DNA of 64,000 nt from Puccinia triticina (GCA_026914245.1 CP110439.1:8618001-8682000), one strand, 5' to 3'; counted from the first letter of the stretch, positions 45,097 to 59,200 are shown. The notes: generated by a model not told the origin, from the sequence alone. Made by a program: numbers and translations.

Positions 45097-47412
45097 TGTC
45101 AGCTGGCTACTATGGCAGAGCCACCGTGACAAAATACAAATAAAAATATAAAAAGTAGTTTTACATATGAAAGAGACATTATTACTCTTACATATGTAAA
45201 ACTATGCAAAAACATTAAATACATATATAAATAATTAATTACTCAGCTTTAGGTATTTTGTCTTGTACACATGTAATTAAGCCCCAAACAAGATGTAATT
45301 ACCACGTCATTCAATATAAAAACATTCTAGATTGAAAAGGGCTCTTGCAACGTGCACAGGAGACACTAGAAAGCGCCCCAGCTTCTCCCAAGCCTCACTA
45401 CATGTAAATTACAACTGTAGTAAATATGTAGAAGGGGTCAAATGAACTAGAGCACTTAATAAGCGCCTCCAGAACATGTATGAAGCACTGCTTGCACGTG
45501 TACAAGTGCACAGAAACCAGTTCTAGTACCTTCTGTGGCACATTTCCATGGAAATGAGCGTCACAGAACCCCCAAAACAGCCCCTATGACGTGTAAGGCA
45601 TGTGTAAAAACACGCAGAACCTCTGTAAATGGTCCTTGGCAACCCTTGTATCCAAGCCCCAAGGTTCCACGACCCACAGCGCCTTCTAGCACAACCAAAT
45701 TGCCTCAAAAGGCGCCCACAAGTGTCCCCCTGTCCCCTGGGCGCCCCTGGAGGCCTACCTAGGCTATAAAAAGGGCCCTTTCTCCGCCCAAAAGGAGATT
45801 CCCCAGCTTTACATTACCTACAGTGACCCCGCCATGTAAGCATAAGGATGGTGGACATGGATCCTATGCTTACATGGTGGTATGTTTCTTAACAAAGTAA
45901 GCATAAATCAGTGTATGCCTGAATAGGACTGTCCTATATAAGCATTGGAAATACTCAGGGCAATTTATGCTTACAATGGCAACCACTGGGAGTGGGTTGC
46001 CGTGGCCGATGGGATAGATTCAATGTTGCTCCACCTTCATCAACCCACACACCAACACGCATCTTTGAAACGCACAATGCCCCCCAAGGATTCCAACCTA
46101 TTCAAAATCTACCTGGACTACAGGATTTGAGTGGACCCTGACTGCAACTGCATCCCCAGGGCTTCTTTTGATCACTCCGAGTACGACCTCGTCAGACCCC
46201 GCGGCACAATCCCTCCGTTGGAAGCTTGTCTCAAAACCATCTCTGCCTCCGAATTCTGAGAAGCCGCCAGAAACCACCTGATTGCTGCAGACCAGAATGC
46301 TGGGGTTTTAATTGCCGACGCCATTGATCTGACGTTATCTGGTGGAATTGCACCACTTCAATTCCGTACTTTCCTTGCCTCAGATTTTCTTTACAGTTTT
46401 CGACTCCAAACAATGAATCCATATTTTTATTAACCACATACCACATGCCCTTGTCTTCATCACCCTCCGGAATGATTGGGGGGCAGCTGAACTTCTGAAA
46501 AATTAGATCATTGCGCGTGGCTTGAGGTATTTGGCAGGTAGATGATTGGGAAATCACAAGGATTTTGGCAAAAAGAGATTTTACCTGCTTGCTGGCCGAC
46601 ATTGTTGAGGTTGATGAGCTGTAGTTGGAAAGTTCTTATGGTATGAGCTGTAGTTGGCAAGTTCCTACGGTTGGACAGATGAAGAATGGCTTAGATATGT
46701 AGTACCTATGGCCCCTCGGCATCTTTTCCCAGTCCTATATAAGCATATTTTTATTTTTTTTTGCCAAATTTTTTATGCATTATGCATTATGCATAAAAAG
46801 CATCAAATTCACGGTAACCAAAAATGGTGGACGGCAATCCTATGCTTACAGCGAATTATGCTTACAACGTGTATGCTTACATGGCGGGGTCACTGTATTA
46901 GAATTTTAACCACCTTCAACAGCCTTATTAGCCTGTGATTTGCCAGGTAAAATACCTACTTTTGTGATTTTTAGCCCCAATTTCCGCCTTGAAGCTGTCC
47001 AGCAACCACCCTGCCCTCAAGAATACCTCCTCTGAGCGCCTCCAACTGCCCAACTTCACGCCTGAAGAACCTCAAGTGACTCTAGGGTCTTATACTAGTA
47101 AGTTTAAGCCCCTTCTCTTGATATTCTCCGCCATTTCTTTCTGGGATTTGAAACACACCTGTTTACAGGCCCCAGTTCTTCATTCTAGAGGGATTAAACA
47201 CCCCTGATTTATCAGGCCCCTCTTAAAATTAATTATATCAATTTTATCATGTCAAATTGGCCCTAATTGCCCTAATTTTTACGCTATAATTCCCAACATT
47301 TACGTTGGAATTATCCCTCATACCTTTGTCTCAGAGTTTTACAACTCTAATCTTTTGCTTTGCACCACGTGTAGCTAGAAGGATAATATCCTTGGCATCA
47401 TGTAGGCTGACA
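45097..47412. mobile_element. Solo LTR nested in the previous element
   Basis: TGTCAGC...GCTGACA ends; TSD TTAGT/TTATT (4 of 5 match); internal TATAAAA. Confidence 0.8.
45821..46895. mobile_element. Tc1/mariner (pogo/Fot1-like) non-autonomous element
   Basis: 24-bp perfect TIR CAGTGACCCCGCCATGTAAGCATA; TA TSD. Confidence 0.9.
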
Positions 47413-49059
47413 TTATTTGGTGGAAATGTCCGCTGACCGCCTCCTTCAAGAATATTAGTGTCCAGGCTGTGTGATTGTTGGTAACTTGGCTCCGCACTGC
47501 TACTTTCCGCTAGCCTTCAGTGCTCCTCTACTGAGCCTGATCTATAGCGTAATAATCCACAAGTGAATGAAGCTCCGCACTTCGTAAGCACAAAAATCCG
47601 CAAGTAACTCTCTAAGTAAAGATAAGATCCCAGATAATCTCCTAATAACTCTAGTACGCTCATAGTTGTAAGTACAATGATGAGTAATTCCCCTCCAAGA
47701 ATGATAGGATAATCCAATCCCCCTTTCTTCCGTCCTTCCCTTCACGCACATTGCCGTTCCCACCCGATTCCGCACATCTGACGCTTTCCCGCACTAGTCC
47801 TCCAGCTCCGCCCGCTATCCCGCTTGTCACTTTCCCAGACTCCGCTCCTCTCCGACGCTTAACCTCCCACCGTCCTCTGTCTAGCCCCCGTCAGTCGGTC
47901 TCTTGCCACCGCCTCCACCCCGGTTCCACCCGCTGGTGGAACCGGCTTTGGCTGTCGTGGCTCACCCGCTGACGCGCCGCTGCTACCAGTCCACGTGTGT
48001 AGCCCCGCCGCAGTCCAGCCCTGCCTTTTCCGCTCCGCTCCAAATACCCAATCCGAAATCTGTGATCCGCAATCCGCAATCCGTGCATTCCAGTCCGCGC
48101 GTGACTTTCCGTAAGCTTTCTTAGCGTGCTTTCCTGACATCATCCTCAGTGCTTATGTCACCGGAATGCACTCTGCCTGAGCGGCTTTGTGCATTCCCGC
48201 CCGTGCTATCCCCCACGTGGACATTCCACCGCGCTCGCCCATATAAATCACCACAGCGGTTTCCCAATTTCCTAATGGGGACGTTAAAATTTATACCAAG
48301 GATCAACAAGCTGCTAAATGGCTTCTTGATAACAAAAATCTCTGGACTGAGAAAGCTGACCCCGTTTTTGTCACCTCTTGAGTTACTCACCCCGTGCTCT
48401 TACACTCCTGTCCCACCAGCTTTGAGGTCAATAACAAAGACCATGTAGAGCTTCTTTGCAAACAAAATGAAATCAAACCAAAGGAGTTCCAGAAAATCAG
48501 ATGGCTCCTAAACCCCAAAACTTCCGGTAAGGCTACAAGCACCCTATTGATTCACTTCTTTGATGGGCGACTAGACCTCGACATCAAGAGAGCGGGATTA
48601 TGCTACAATATCTTGCACCTAAAGGGGCAACATTACCTTCAGGGCCCCAAGCAATGCTACAATTGCTTGGCGGTAGGCCACCTTGCTCACTCTTGCAAAG
48701 AGAAAGCTATTTGCTCTCGCTGCGGAGCAGGGCACAACTCTGTCTCCTGTGAAGAGATGGAGGATGCCTGCAGGAGCTGTCAGCAATGTTTACAGGCTGA
48801 CCGCAAAACTTCCTCCAATATCAAACTTTTCAACCCCAAATATGATCATTCTCCCTTTAGCAGTGCGTGCCCCATCCGCACCAAAGAATTGGAAAAACTC
48901 TCTAAAGATAAGACCCCTAACCCTTGCCAATGTTAGGTAACAGACCTCTACCCTTGATCACTCTGCTCCCAACTCTTCCACCCATGTTTCTTTACCCCCA
49001 GAATTCACTAGGTCTTTCAACCCTCACCTCTTCAAGCAATCCCCACATTTTTTCTCCAC

Positions 49060-52000
49060 CCTTCAACTCAACTGCCACAACAGAAAAGATACCACTCTCA
49101 GTGTGCTTCAGTGCAAAACATCATCTCTTGCCATTCTTGTCCTAGAACCTTGGACCAACCCCATTGATCATCTACCACCCATTCATCCTAGTTGGCACAG
49201 AATCTCACCCGTAGACCAACCCCACTCCATTGAAAACAGGCCTAGATGTTGCATATACATCAACAAGTCAATCCCCAGTCATCATTTCCATCAAATGCCA
49301 GAAAACTCAAAACTTCTCACGGCGGTCTCTCTCACTATCCATACTGACAACTCCCTCTGCTTCTTCTTAATCTCACTCTATAACCCCCCATCTACCTTTG
49401 CCTCATTACCCCTACTTTGTGACTGGTTAAACAACAACAACTGTCGTCACAATCCCACCATTCTCATGATGGATTCAAACCTACACAATTCACGGTGGAA
49501 TCCTCCAAATTATCACCACACACACTCTACTTCTAAAGAGCTAATTAAACTCTGTGGGCAAAAGGGCTTCACTCTAACCTCCCCGGCTGGGGTACCAACC
49601 TTTCTGAACCCCAAAGCATCACAAACCACTATTGATTTGTGCTGGGTTAATGCCCACTGTAAACATAGAGTTAAAGCATGCTCAGTGGTCCTTGACAACC
49701 ATGCCTCCGACCATCAGCCAATCCAACTGACACTCTCACTTGATGGGAAAGTCTCTCAACCCCAAAGCAACAGAGGTATTACCCCTGAGAAGATGAATAG
49801 AACTTGCTTCAGGGCTGATCTTGACCGCATGATTAAGTCCATCCCCTCCCCCCACTCTGCAGACTCTGTGCGCTCCATAGATGAAGCAGTATCTTGCTTG
49901 ACAGAGGGCATCCAACAATGCCACAAAAAGCAAGGTATTGCACCCTACAGAGGACAAGCCCGGGCAAACTCGTGGTGGGTCCCTCACATTCTCCAACCTC
50001 TTGTCTCCAACAGAAACAGAGCATGTAGATGGATGATCTTGTCCAACTCAGCCGAGGCCCGGCAATGCTACTATGCTTGGCAAAATTCTTTCAAACAGAA
50101 AGTGGAAGAGCTGAAGCTGCTCCACTGGAGAAGATTCCTGGCCCAAACTGGGGATTCAGAAGCTTTCCAAGCCTATAAGTTCACTAAGGCTAAACAGTCC
50201 GCCACTGTTGAGCCACTTTACCACACCAATAAAACCCTGTGCACAGATGTGACAGAACAAGCAGAGATTTTGTTCAAATGCACTTCGGTCATCAACTCCA
50301 TCTGTGACCTGTCTGATGTTCAGCCCCAAGACGCAGAAGATGACACACCAACTTTTCCCCCTATCACCCTAGCGGAAGTAAACCGCACAATTGACTCACT
50401 TCCCACCAAGAAAGCAGTTGGGCCTGACACCATCCCAAACGAGTTGATCAGAATGGGCAAGACCCAACTCTCCCCCTTCCTAACCACTATTTTTAATGCT
50501 TGTCTGAGGCGAGGTCATTTCCCCAGAGACTGGAGGTCAGCAGTGACAGCAATCATTTGGAAAGCTGGCAAACCAGACTACAGCAACCCCAACGCATATC
50601 GCCCAATTGCACTCCTGTGCATGCTGGGAAAACTGTTTGAAAAAATCCTCAATGAGAGGCTAATACATTGGATGGAATCCAAATAGGCCCTCCCTCAAGG
50701 ACACACGGGAGGAAGGCAAGGCCGCAATCTCACCGATGCTCTAATCCTTTTTTGCTCTTGGGTTAAACACCAATGGAGAAAAGGAAAAATTGTTGCTAGC
50801 TTATTTTTAGACGTCAAATCTGCCTACCCTTTGGTCTACACCTCCCGACTGATTGATTGTCTCCATCAACTGTCTTGCCCCGGATACCTGATATCAGTCA
50901 TTTCTTCCTTCTTAACTAATTGGACAACCTCCATGAGGCTGGGAGACTTTGTATCTCCCTCCTTCTCAATTAAAGAAGGATTACCACAAGGATCCCCACT
51001 ATCAGTCACTCTATACATTCTATATAATAGTGAGCTGCTGATTAATAGCAGGTGCTTGCTTGATGACAACCGGGTCTCCAATGGATATGTCAATGATTTT
51101 TTACACTTGGTTGCAGCCGAGTCCATGGATAAAGCGGTAATTATGCTCCAGGAAGAGGCTACCCGCTCGCTTGAATGGGGCCATAAATTTGGAGCCATTT
51201 TTGACCCCAAGAAAGCTGTGTTGATGCTCTTTTCCTGTAAACCACTGAAACCCCCAACATTTGATTTCGACGGCCACACTCACTTCTTCCAGAAAACAAC
51301 CAGATGGCTAGGCGTCATATTTGACCAACGACTCACCTTTTTGGAACATCTGAAGAAAGTCAAAGCAACTGGGGATCTCACCATTTCACAGCTTGAACAA
51401 ATCATCAAGTCAACATACGGCCTGAACACCGCTCTAGCGAGGAGATTGGTTATTTCGGTCCTTTATTCAAGGATCCTGCTTGGCAGTGTCATCTGGTACA
51501 CCAAGAAGAATGCAAAAGCGGTGGTGCAGGTTCTAGACGGATTATACCATCGAGCTTGTCAACTGATCACAGGATTATTTCGCCAAACCCCTCTGATCTT
51601 TGTGAAGAAGAGCAGTGGCTTAGCCACTCCTCAGGAGATTCATCTTTGCAACTCTCATTTATACATTCTCCGAGCCCTGACATACCCCCCATCACATCCC
51701 GTCACCCGCCTAATACAAACGGAACTGACCGGACAACAGCCCTCTTTCCCCAAGTCCCCTCCACTCACTGCTAACCTTGCCTGATCCATACAGCTTCCCA
51801 GTCAACCACACAGAGATCATTTTCCCAGTCCCCGCACCTCCTTGGGTGGAGACGATCTCGACCATACACAACATTACAGAAAAGCGAGCAGATGCAATTC
51901 GACACATCCCGCACCAATTGCAACAAGAGCTTCAGAATTGTGCATTGGTCATCTTTACAGATGGCTCATGGATCCCCGACAAAGGTGCAGGAGCAGCGGC

Positions 52001-52417
52001 AGTGGTTCATCCTTTGGGACAACAAGCCGTAGCTTCTCTCCTCCCAGCAAAATCTCTTTGAATCAGAGCTAATAGGGATAAGCCTTGCCATCACCATGGC
52101 ACAGGAAATATTGGATGCTGACACATCTCATAAATTTGCAACAGTAGCCATCTTCAGTGACAATCAGGGAGCTCTGACTCAATTGGCTGAACCTTTATCC
52201 CTGTCCCCAGGCCAACACATTTACACTGACAATTTCTTCCACATGAAGCTACTAGGACAACCTGTCCGAATGTATTGGTGTCCTGGCCACGAAGGAATAA
52301 TGGCCAATGAAACAGCTGATTTGCTTGCCAAGGAGGCGGCGCGAGGGGAATTTTCTTTGCCCACGAGTACGGTGCAGCAAATAACTATACCAATGAGCCT
52401 GGCAAAGACGAGGCAAG
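49060..52417 (+). pseudogene. LINE ORF2: endonuclease, reverse transcriptase, RNase H
   Basis: LEPW, MDSNLH and SDH (APE); YRPIALL, GLPQGSPLS and degenerate YVND (RT); IFTDGS and WCPGHEGIMANETAD (RNase H); stops and frameshifts present. Confidence 0.93.
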
Positions 52418-52633
52418 GTTTAATCATTGCATTCGGTTTTTGTTCTTTATGGGCAAGTCGATTGTTTTCGTAGGTTCGTTTATCATCGATCTTGGCTTTG
52501 GCCTTTTTGATTGCTTCCTGTTGAGCAATCTTCTTGTTCACATCCCGCAGATCCTCGAAGAGCGCCTTGGCCTTTTCTTGATTTGCCTTGAGCTCCAGTT
52601 CCTCGGAGGTCATCACAGCGGAGGTGGACATCT
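52418..52633 (-). CDS. Host coiled-coil protein exon, truncated at the LINE junction
   Basis: Intron GTGAGT...TTGTAG (about 52720-52634), then ATG STSAVMTSEELELKANQEKAK...; the frame runs on into antisense LINE RNase H to 52221. Confidence 0.55.
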
Positions 52634-53027
52634 ACAAAAAAGTGGTCAACAAGAAAAAAAAAACCCTCAATCAATAGAAAAATGGACTCAGAAGTCACTA
52701 AGTAGTAGAAATTTACTCACCTGGAAAGAATTTTTGCTCTTGTGTTGTTGTTGAGTGGGTGTGGTGGGTGGTTGAGGTGTAGTTGCCGGCACGACTGCCG
52801 GTGATCTCATCGGCCCAGAGCTTGGGGCCGGCCAGGCAAGACTTGGGCCGCGGCCTGCCCAACCTCCCCGATCAAGCCCCCTGGGCACCCCCCAAACCCC
52901 CGGTGGCGCTCGGGACTGGGGCATGTGCCCAGACGCGCTTGATGTACTATAGGACCAACACCCGTCACCCTTATTCACCCACCACGCCCCTCAGCTTCCA
53001 CATTAAGGCCACAAAAACAAACCCACC

Positions 53028-54007
53028 ATGGTGAGTAGTACCCATAATCCAACATTTTTTGTTTGTTTGAGACCTGCTGATCCCCAAAAGTAATTGATCT
53101 CTCAAGGCAAACACGACGGCCAAAGGGGCACTTTCGATCCATGGAACCAATCCACAATTCTTGATTGACAAAGTCTTGAGGTCCCGGATCTATGAGGCTG
53201 AGTACTGGAAAGAATCTTGCTTCGGACTGACAGCCGAGACGATCATCGATAAAACCGTCTTCGACCTCAAATACCTTGGTTCGACTATTACGGCTAACCT
53301 CAGACCAACCGAATTCATATGTCTCTTACTGAAACTGTTACAACTTCAACCCGAAAAAGAAATCATTTTGGAATACCTACGCGCCGAAGAATTCAAGTCA
53401 GTTAGTTTTTTTTGAAGTTGAATTTCCCGGTGGTGTCCAATTGTGCTCACATTCCATCGACTTCCACTTCTTCTGATAATATAGATACTTAAGAGCATTA
53501 GCAGCATTTTATGTCAGACTGACATTTACCCCCATCAATGTATATCAAACACTAGAACCTCTGCTACAAGATTATCGCAAGCTGAGAACACGAAATTTGG
53601 ATGGACCGTATGGGCTGATGACATTTGATGAACTGATCGACAACCTGCTGACCGAGTCGATCGTCTTCGAAATCGTCTTACCGAGACTAACATCCAGGAA
53701 GGTTCTTGAGGAGCTTGAATCTCTACCGTCTCGGAAATCCAGTCTGGCCGTTGCACTCGGCTTCCATTCCGACTCCGAGGGCGAACAGGAAGCTGGAGGA
53801 GATAGAGACGAAGAAGAAGCAGATGAAGATAATGACGGCGATCAGAGCCACAGTGATTCCAGCGAAGCCTTTGTCTCCCGTTCCCCCACGCCAGCTGAAC
53901 AGGATAAGCCTGGTGATCGGAGTCCCAGTCGGGCTAGTGATACCACCGACCGATTTGTCTCTCGCTCGCCCACACCACTCGACCAAGATAACCTTGAACA
54001 GCCCTAG
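53028..54007 (+). CDS. PRP38: Pre-mRNA splicing factor Prp38 (first exon is ATG only; introns about 53031-53106 and 53397-53483)
   Basis: MANTTAKGALSIHGTNPQFLIDKVLRSRIYEAEYWKESCFGL...LKLLQLQPEKEI...YLRALAAFYVRL...DYRKLR. Confidence 0.95.
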
Positions 54008-54846
54008 CCCCTCTTCATTTATGATATGATTTTTTTTTTTTTTTCACTGAGATGAAAAAGTGATAAAGAGATGATAGAAGAGCAGTTTAGGTATGAGCCA
54101 AAATTCAAACAGTCTAAGCATAAATTGTAAATTGATCAGAATGTTTTTTAATAATTTATTCCAAGAAGATTTGGGCTGTTTTCAAACATGACTTGAATGA
54201 ACTTTCAAAATCTCTTTTATCAGTCTTAATAGTAAAGTATTTGTATACTTTCCTCTCCAGAGCTGAGCTTCTGTTGAAGCATGCTCTTTCCAAACTGGTG
54301 AAACATTGAGGCGGGGTAAAATTTTGTTAGGTTTGAATTTGAGTGCATAAGCATGATTAAAACCAGGAATGTGACCAATGGCTTGTCATTTGGTGGAAAG
54401 AAGTGGGGAAAGGGATTCCAAGAGTATGGGTTTGAGACAAAGATTACTGGGCCTTAGCCTTCAAAGGCATTGGCCACTACTTCAAATGTCTGTGGGATCA
54501 TCTGATGGTCTTTCCCACATGGCTCTCCTGAATTTGTACTTATGGAGCTTATCAAACTCTCAATAGTTTCCTCTCCAAAGATTCCTGGTTGACTGTCATA
54601 TTTTCTTCTTCTTTCAACTTTTTGCAAAAGGGTTTAGGTTTACCTTGATGAGCTCATTCCTTACATGGATTTTACTTGTGGAATGTGATACCTGAAACAA
54701 ATCTTCCAATACTGTTTTTTTATTATTGATTGAGATTATATCAAGACTTGAAGCTATCTTGGGAACATCTCCAGAAACAGGGTAAATCAAAGGATCAGCC
54801 AGCTTATTTTGCTGAATTCTTGTTTTATCTGAATCCAAACAAATAA

Positions 54847-55041
54847 GGTGTTCAAAGTTGAAATCATAAAATTTTCATTACATAAAATCATAAAATCATA
54901 AAAATTTCAGATGATAATTTTATATGTACCATTTTAGAAATGTTGCTCTAATTTGAGTGTTTGGGTGTACATATTTTTTTCACCTCAGAATTTTATGATT
55001 TTATGGTGTTATGATTTTATGCAAGTCAACTTTGAACACCC
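54847..55041. mobile_element. MITE, GGTGTTCAAAG family
   Basis: GGTGTTCAAAGTTGA...TCAACTTTGAACACCC with TAA flanks and ATCATAAA subterminal repeats, as at 3819. Confidence 0.8.
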
Positions 55042-55141
55042 TAAAAGATTAACATGATAAATCAGTTTTGGAACTTTTTTGTGAACTTGATCTTCTGCAA
55101 GAAATGAAAATTTAATTTGAATTGCAAAATTGATAGACATT

Positions 55142-55357
55142 CACCAGGGAAAATGTGATGACAGCTGGTGGCAGGTGACATTGAGTAAAACATGTTCAGA
55201 CACCTGAGCTACTGTGGCAAGACTCCACTATCAAAACAATGGCCCCTTTGTGGTCATTGGGGAGTCCCACTCAATGGGTTTTGGAGTATGATTGGAGACT
55301 GAACAAGAGTCTTCTTCACATCACATGCCCTCAGGTGACCTCAATTTTTCCCTGGTG
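55142..55357. mobile_element. CAC-ended MITE (CMC/CACTA-like)
   Basis: TIR CACCAGGGAAAA / TTTTCCCTGGTG; 3-bp TSD ATT. Confidence 0.8.
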
Positions 55358-56248
55358 ATTGGTGAGAAGAATCCTTGCCATTTTTTATCCCTTCATTTTC
55401 TTCTTGATATCCTGGGTCTGTAAATTTGAGTTTTGCTTCCGGTATGACTTCTGAGATGGAACAATTTAGTGAAAGTCATAGATTTTAATTGATTCTAGAA
55501 GAACTTTGAGGGAGGTTACTGACTATAAAAATCAGTTCTTCAGTGGGATGTAGTCTGATTCATTTCACCACTCTGCAAACACACTATCATTATATATTGT
55601 AGTAGCATCTTTTTCGTATCTGTACTCAATCATATGTTTATGTAAGTCAACATCCAGACATGTGTATTATCAGCAGATAGCATTTCTTTGGAGGGGAGGG
55701 GTATGTATGGCTGCAAACAATCTTTACGAGTAAAAAAAATGAAAGAAGGGAACATTCAAATCATGCCTGTAAGAGTATGCATACTACGTGACATTAAACC
55801 TTGGGGAATATAAGACGATGTGTAAGACGTTTTTTTGGTGTTAGTTTACTGTCATTTTTTTCGTGTTTATCTGATTAAGGCAACATTGTAAGTCGTCGAC
55901 ACATATAGAAATAAGATCATACATGGCATGTGGTGATAGACAGTCTTGTCTCACACACACGAGTACACAACACAAATACGGCAAGGGAACTGGGAATGGG
56001 GAAAAGGGCAGACCAAGAAAAGATCCTCCATAGCATAGAGAGAAAAGGACTCCCCAAAACGACTGTGAAAAGGAAGAAGAAAACCTATCTGGAAGCACGC
56101 GCGTGGAGAGGGAGAGGACCAGAAAGAGATATGTGAAGACTTTTTTTTTTGTGGAGAGAAAGAGAGAGAGAGAGAGAGAAAGAGAGGACCGGAAAGAGAT
56201 ATATGAAGACTTTCTTTTTCTTGTACGGGGGAGAGGGGGAGGGAGAGA

Positions 56249-59200
56249 TCAAGTAGAGGTAGAAGCAGCATTTGTTTGAGGATGAACAGGGATATCGTTT
56301 ATGGTAGCGGAAGGAGGTTGGAGGGAGGGCGCGGAACCAGAGACGGATTGCTCGGCGAAGATTTCTTCGCGGCGTCGTTCGGCCAGGGTGACTCCAGCGG
56401 ACTGGAGGTTTTCGAGTTCGGGCAGTGCACCGATCCTGAGCGAGTCGATGGTGCTGGTCTGGTTGGAGGTCTCGGGCAGGCCGAGAGTTACTCGGACATG
56501 ATGGTTTACGTGATCGTGGTGGTGGTGGTGGTGTTCATAGACGAGTGTCTCCTTCTCCTTCTGGCGACACTGTTGGTACTGCGACCTAGCCATTTCAGCC
56601 AATGCCTTCCATCGTCCGGACGGGTCCCCAGTCTTCCCCCCGTTGTTCGTCTGAGGGTTGACGTTCCTGTCATCAGTGAGGATCGACTCGATCGTGTCCT
56701 TGAACTCGTCCTCTTCGCCGCTGGTCTCGCCCTCCTCGAGCTCGCCCTTTTCGCGCTCCTTGGGCGCGGGCTTGTCTGTCGCGCTGTCCGCAGCCGACGA
56801 GGCTGAGGCCACGAGTCGGCGGAGCTCGGCAAACAGTCGGTCCAAGATTTGGTGCTCTATCTTGGCCATAGAGAGACAGCTGGCGTGTGTACTGCTACCA
56901 GCGGAGGACGCCTGGGGATGGCCAACCAGTGAACGAGCGACTGAACGAGGCGACTTGCATCCATTCGACTTCAGCGCCAAGTCCCACATCTTCTTCCCAG
57001 ATTCTTTGGCTTCGCGTTGAGCACACGTGACCCTGGCATCGAGCTGTGACTGTAATGCAGTCTTTAATCGTTTCACTCGTCAGATATCATCTCCTTGAAA
57101 GCTCATCCATGATCAAAGAGAACTGACCAGGTCTTCTGATGATGCTTTGGAATTCGCAAGCTGTGATGTCTGTTTGGTTGGAAATCAAAGAGAAAATAGA
57201 TGCTAAGTATTGCGACGAATCGCAAACTGAGGCAGGAACGTACTTGTGACTCAATGGAATCCATACGCTTCAGGAGCTGCTCCAGATAGAAGATTATCAG
57301 CAATCTGTGATCAGAGAGGTAGATGATTGATGATGTATTCATACATTGGTTATGCTCGCACGATGATCTATCCCTAACTTTTCATCGTTGCTTAGCCTGA
57401 TCTCGAATCGGTCCAAGCGAATCTTCATGTGATTTACATGATATGACATCTGTTTTGGGAGATCTGGTCAGCTTACGCAGTTCGCGTTGAAGTTAAAAGA
57501 TGATGGAGTATGTACCACTCCGAGGATATCTTTCAAGTAAGAAAGTGAGAAGTTCTCGACCAAGTTGAAATTGGTAGGAACAGCAGCCATACTAATTGGC
57601 GGTGGATACTGAAGGGAGTTGATCGGAATAACCGGACTGTGGATTGGCGGTGCTGGTAAGGCATGGAAATGGGTGAGCTGAGCACTACCAGGAGTGATGG
57701 GGGTGGCCATGGAGGAGGAGGTGCCGGTCTTGGAGATGAAGCCGAAATCAAGGTCGGGAAGCAGGTTTAAGAGACTCAATAGTTCTGAGACCCGGTTGGA
57801 GGTCAGACCGAGTTGATCAAGATGATGGGTTATATCTTGTGGGATCTGTTGTTTATAGAAATCAGTTAATTTCTCTTTAGAGTACTCGAGGAGCCAGCTG
57901 CTTTTCATCAAGCGGGTTGAGATATAGTTGTAGTAGGCTTCTGCAGAGGCAGGTGGTGGTACAGCAGAGGATGGATGATGGTTTGAGGTGGTATTATTGA
58001 TAGGAGAGTCAGATGGTGGTGGTGGACGGTCGGCCAAGGCGGTTGAGGGTCGAGGTGGTGATCCACCTGGCTCGGCGGATACACCAGCGGGCTTGAGCGG
58101 TTTAGGTCGGTTGTTGTTGTTGGGTGCTTGAGATTGAGAAGTGGATCGATGACGGATTGTGGGGTGAGCAGGTTGGGTGGTGTTGGTGGTGATATGTGGG
58201 GATAGGGTGAGTTTGAGCGCATTCCCAGCCGATGTTGATCTCGCGGTCTCTGGTGAGGATGGTTTGGGGGCAGCTGGGCCGGTGTTCTGGGTATGATCTG
58301 ACGATTCGTTCTCGGGTGATTTCTCTTCGATTGGGCCGAGCTGAGGACGTTGTTTGTTGAGTAGGCTTGCTTCGATGTTCGCCAGCTTGGATTGTAGATG
58401 GTCGAAACGTTTCTGGTGGGTGGCTTCGATCTCGTCGAGTTTTTTCTGGAGTTGGAGTTGGTTCTCGGCTTGACTCTGTTGTTTCTTCTCGAGCTCTTGT
58501 ACGATTTTGTCGGGCACGTCTCGATTGGCTTGGTCGATTTGAGCCTTGAGGGTGTCGAGCTTGGTCTCCAACCACTTGTCAAGATCGGCGGTGTTTGGCT
58601 TGGTTTGCAGGTTCTTAAGTTTCTGGTCAAACTTCTTCTCGAGACGGGCCAAGTGAGCCAAGTGAGCCCGGAGGGCGTCCTCCAGTCTGAGCTTGAGTTG
58701 GCGTTCGACCTGGGCCTGTATGAATTGGGTGAGGCCGTCGACTAGCGGGGTGGCGGCGGTGTTGAGCTCCGTATCGAATGCGTCCTCCGAGTCTTTCAGG
58801 TCGGAGCTCTTCTGGTCGAGCTCGTTCTGATAGATCGTCTCGTCTGGGTCGTCGACCAGCAGCTCTTGCGCGCTTTCGACCATCTTTGTGAGCGCCTGAT
58901 GGTTGGAGTGGAAGGCAGGGCCATCGAGGATCAAGAACTTGAAGCTGCTCTTGAGTGTCTGTTTGAGCTGCTCGCTGTAGTTGGTGAGTGGTGGTGGTTG
59001 GCTGCGGGGCTGGCTTGTTGAGGGGATGGCAGGGGATGGCTTGGGGTGTTCGGCTGTCTGCTGTGGGCTGGCCATGATTTCGACATCGGGCGAAGTGGGT
59101 GGCTTCTGGCTTTTCCTGTGGGATGGGTCTGGCTGGTCTGAGTCTGAGGTGGGTGGGATCCGCTTGCGTTTCTTGTGGGGCTTGGAGTGTTCCATCGTGC

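Larger units (their letters stand above)
45074..48255. mobile_element. Solo-LTR-like element (about 860 bp net) inside LINE ORF1
   Basis: TG...CA ends; TSD GCGG (45070-45073, 48256-48259); removal restores the ORF1 frame. Confidence 0.8.
44464..48936 (+). pseudogene. LINE ORF1 (gag-like), interrupted
   Basis: ...IKVKAV|SQFPNGDVKIY... rejoins across 45074-48255; knuckles CYNCLAVGHLAHSC and CSRCGAGHNSVSC. Confidence 0.88.
44330..52417 (+). mobile_element. Tad1-like LINE, decayed and 3'-truncated
   Basis: ORF1 with CCHC knuckles; ORF2 with APE endonuclease, RT and RNase H. The 5' boundary is approximate. Confidence 0.9.
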
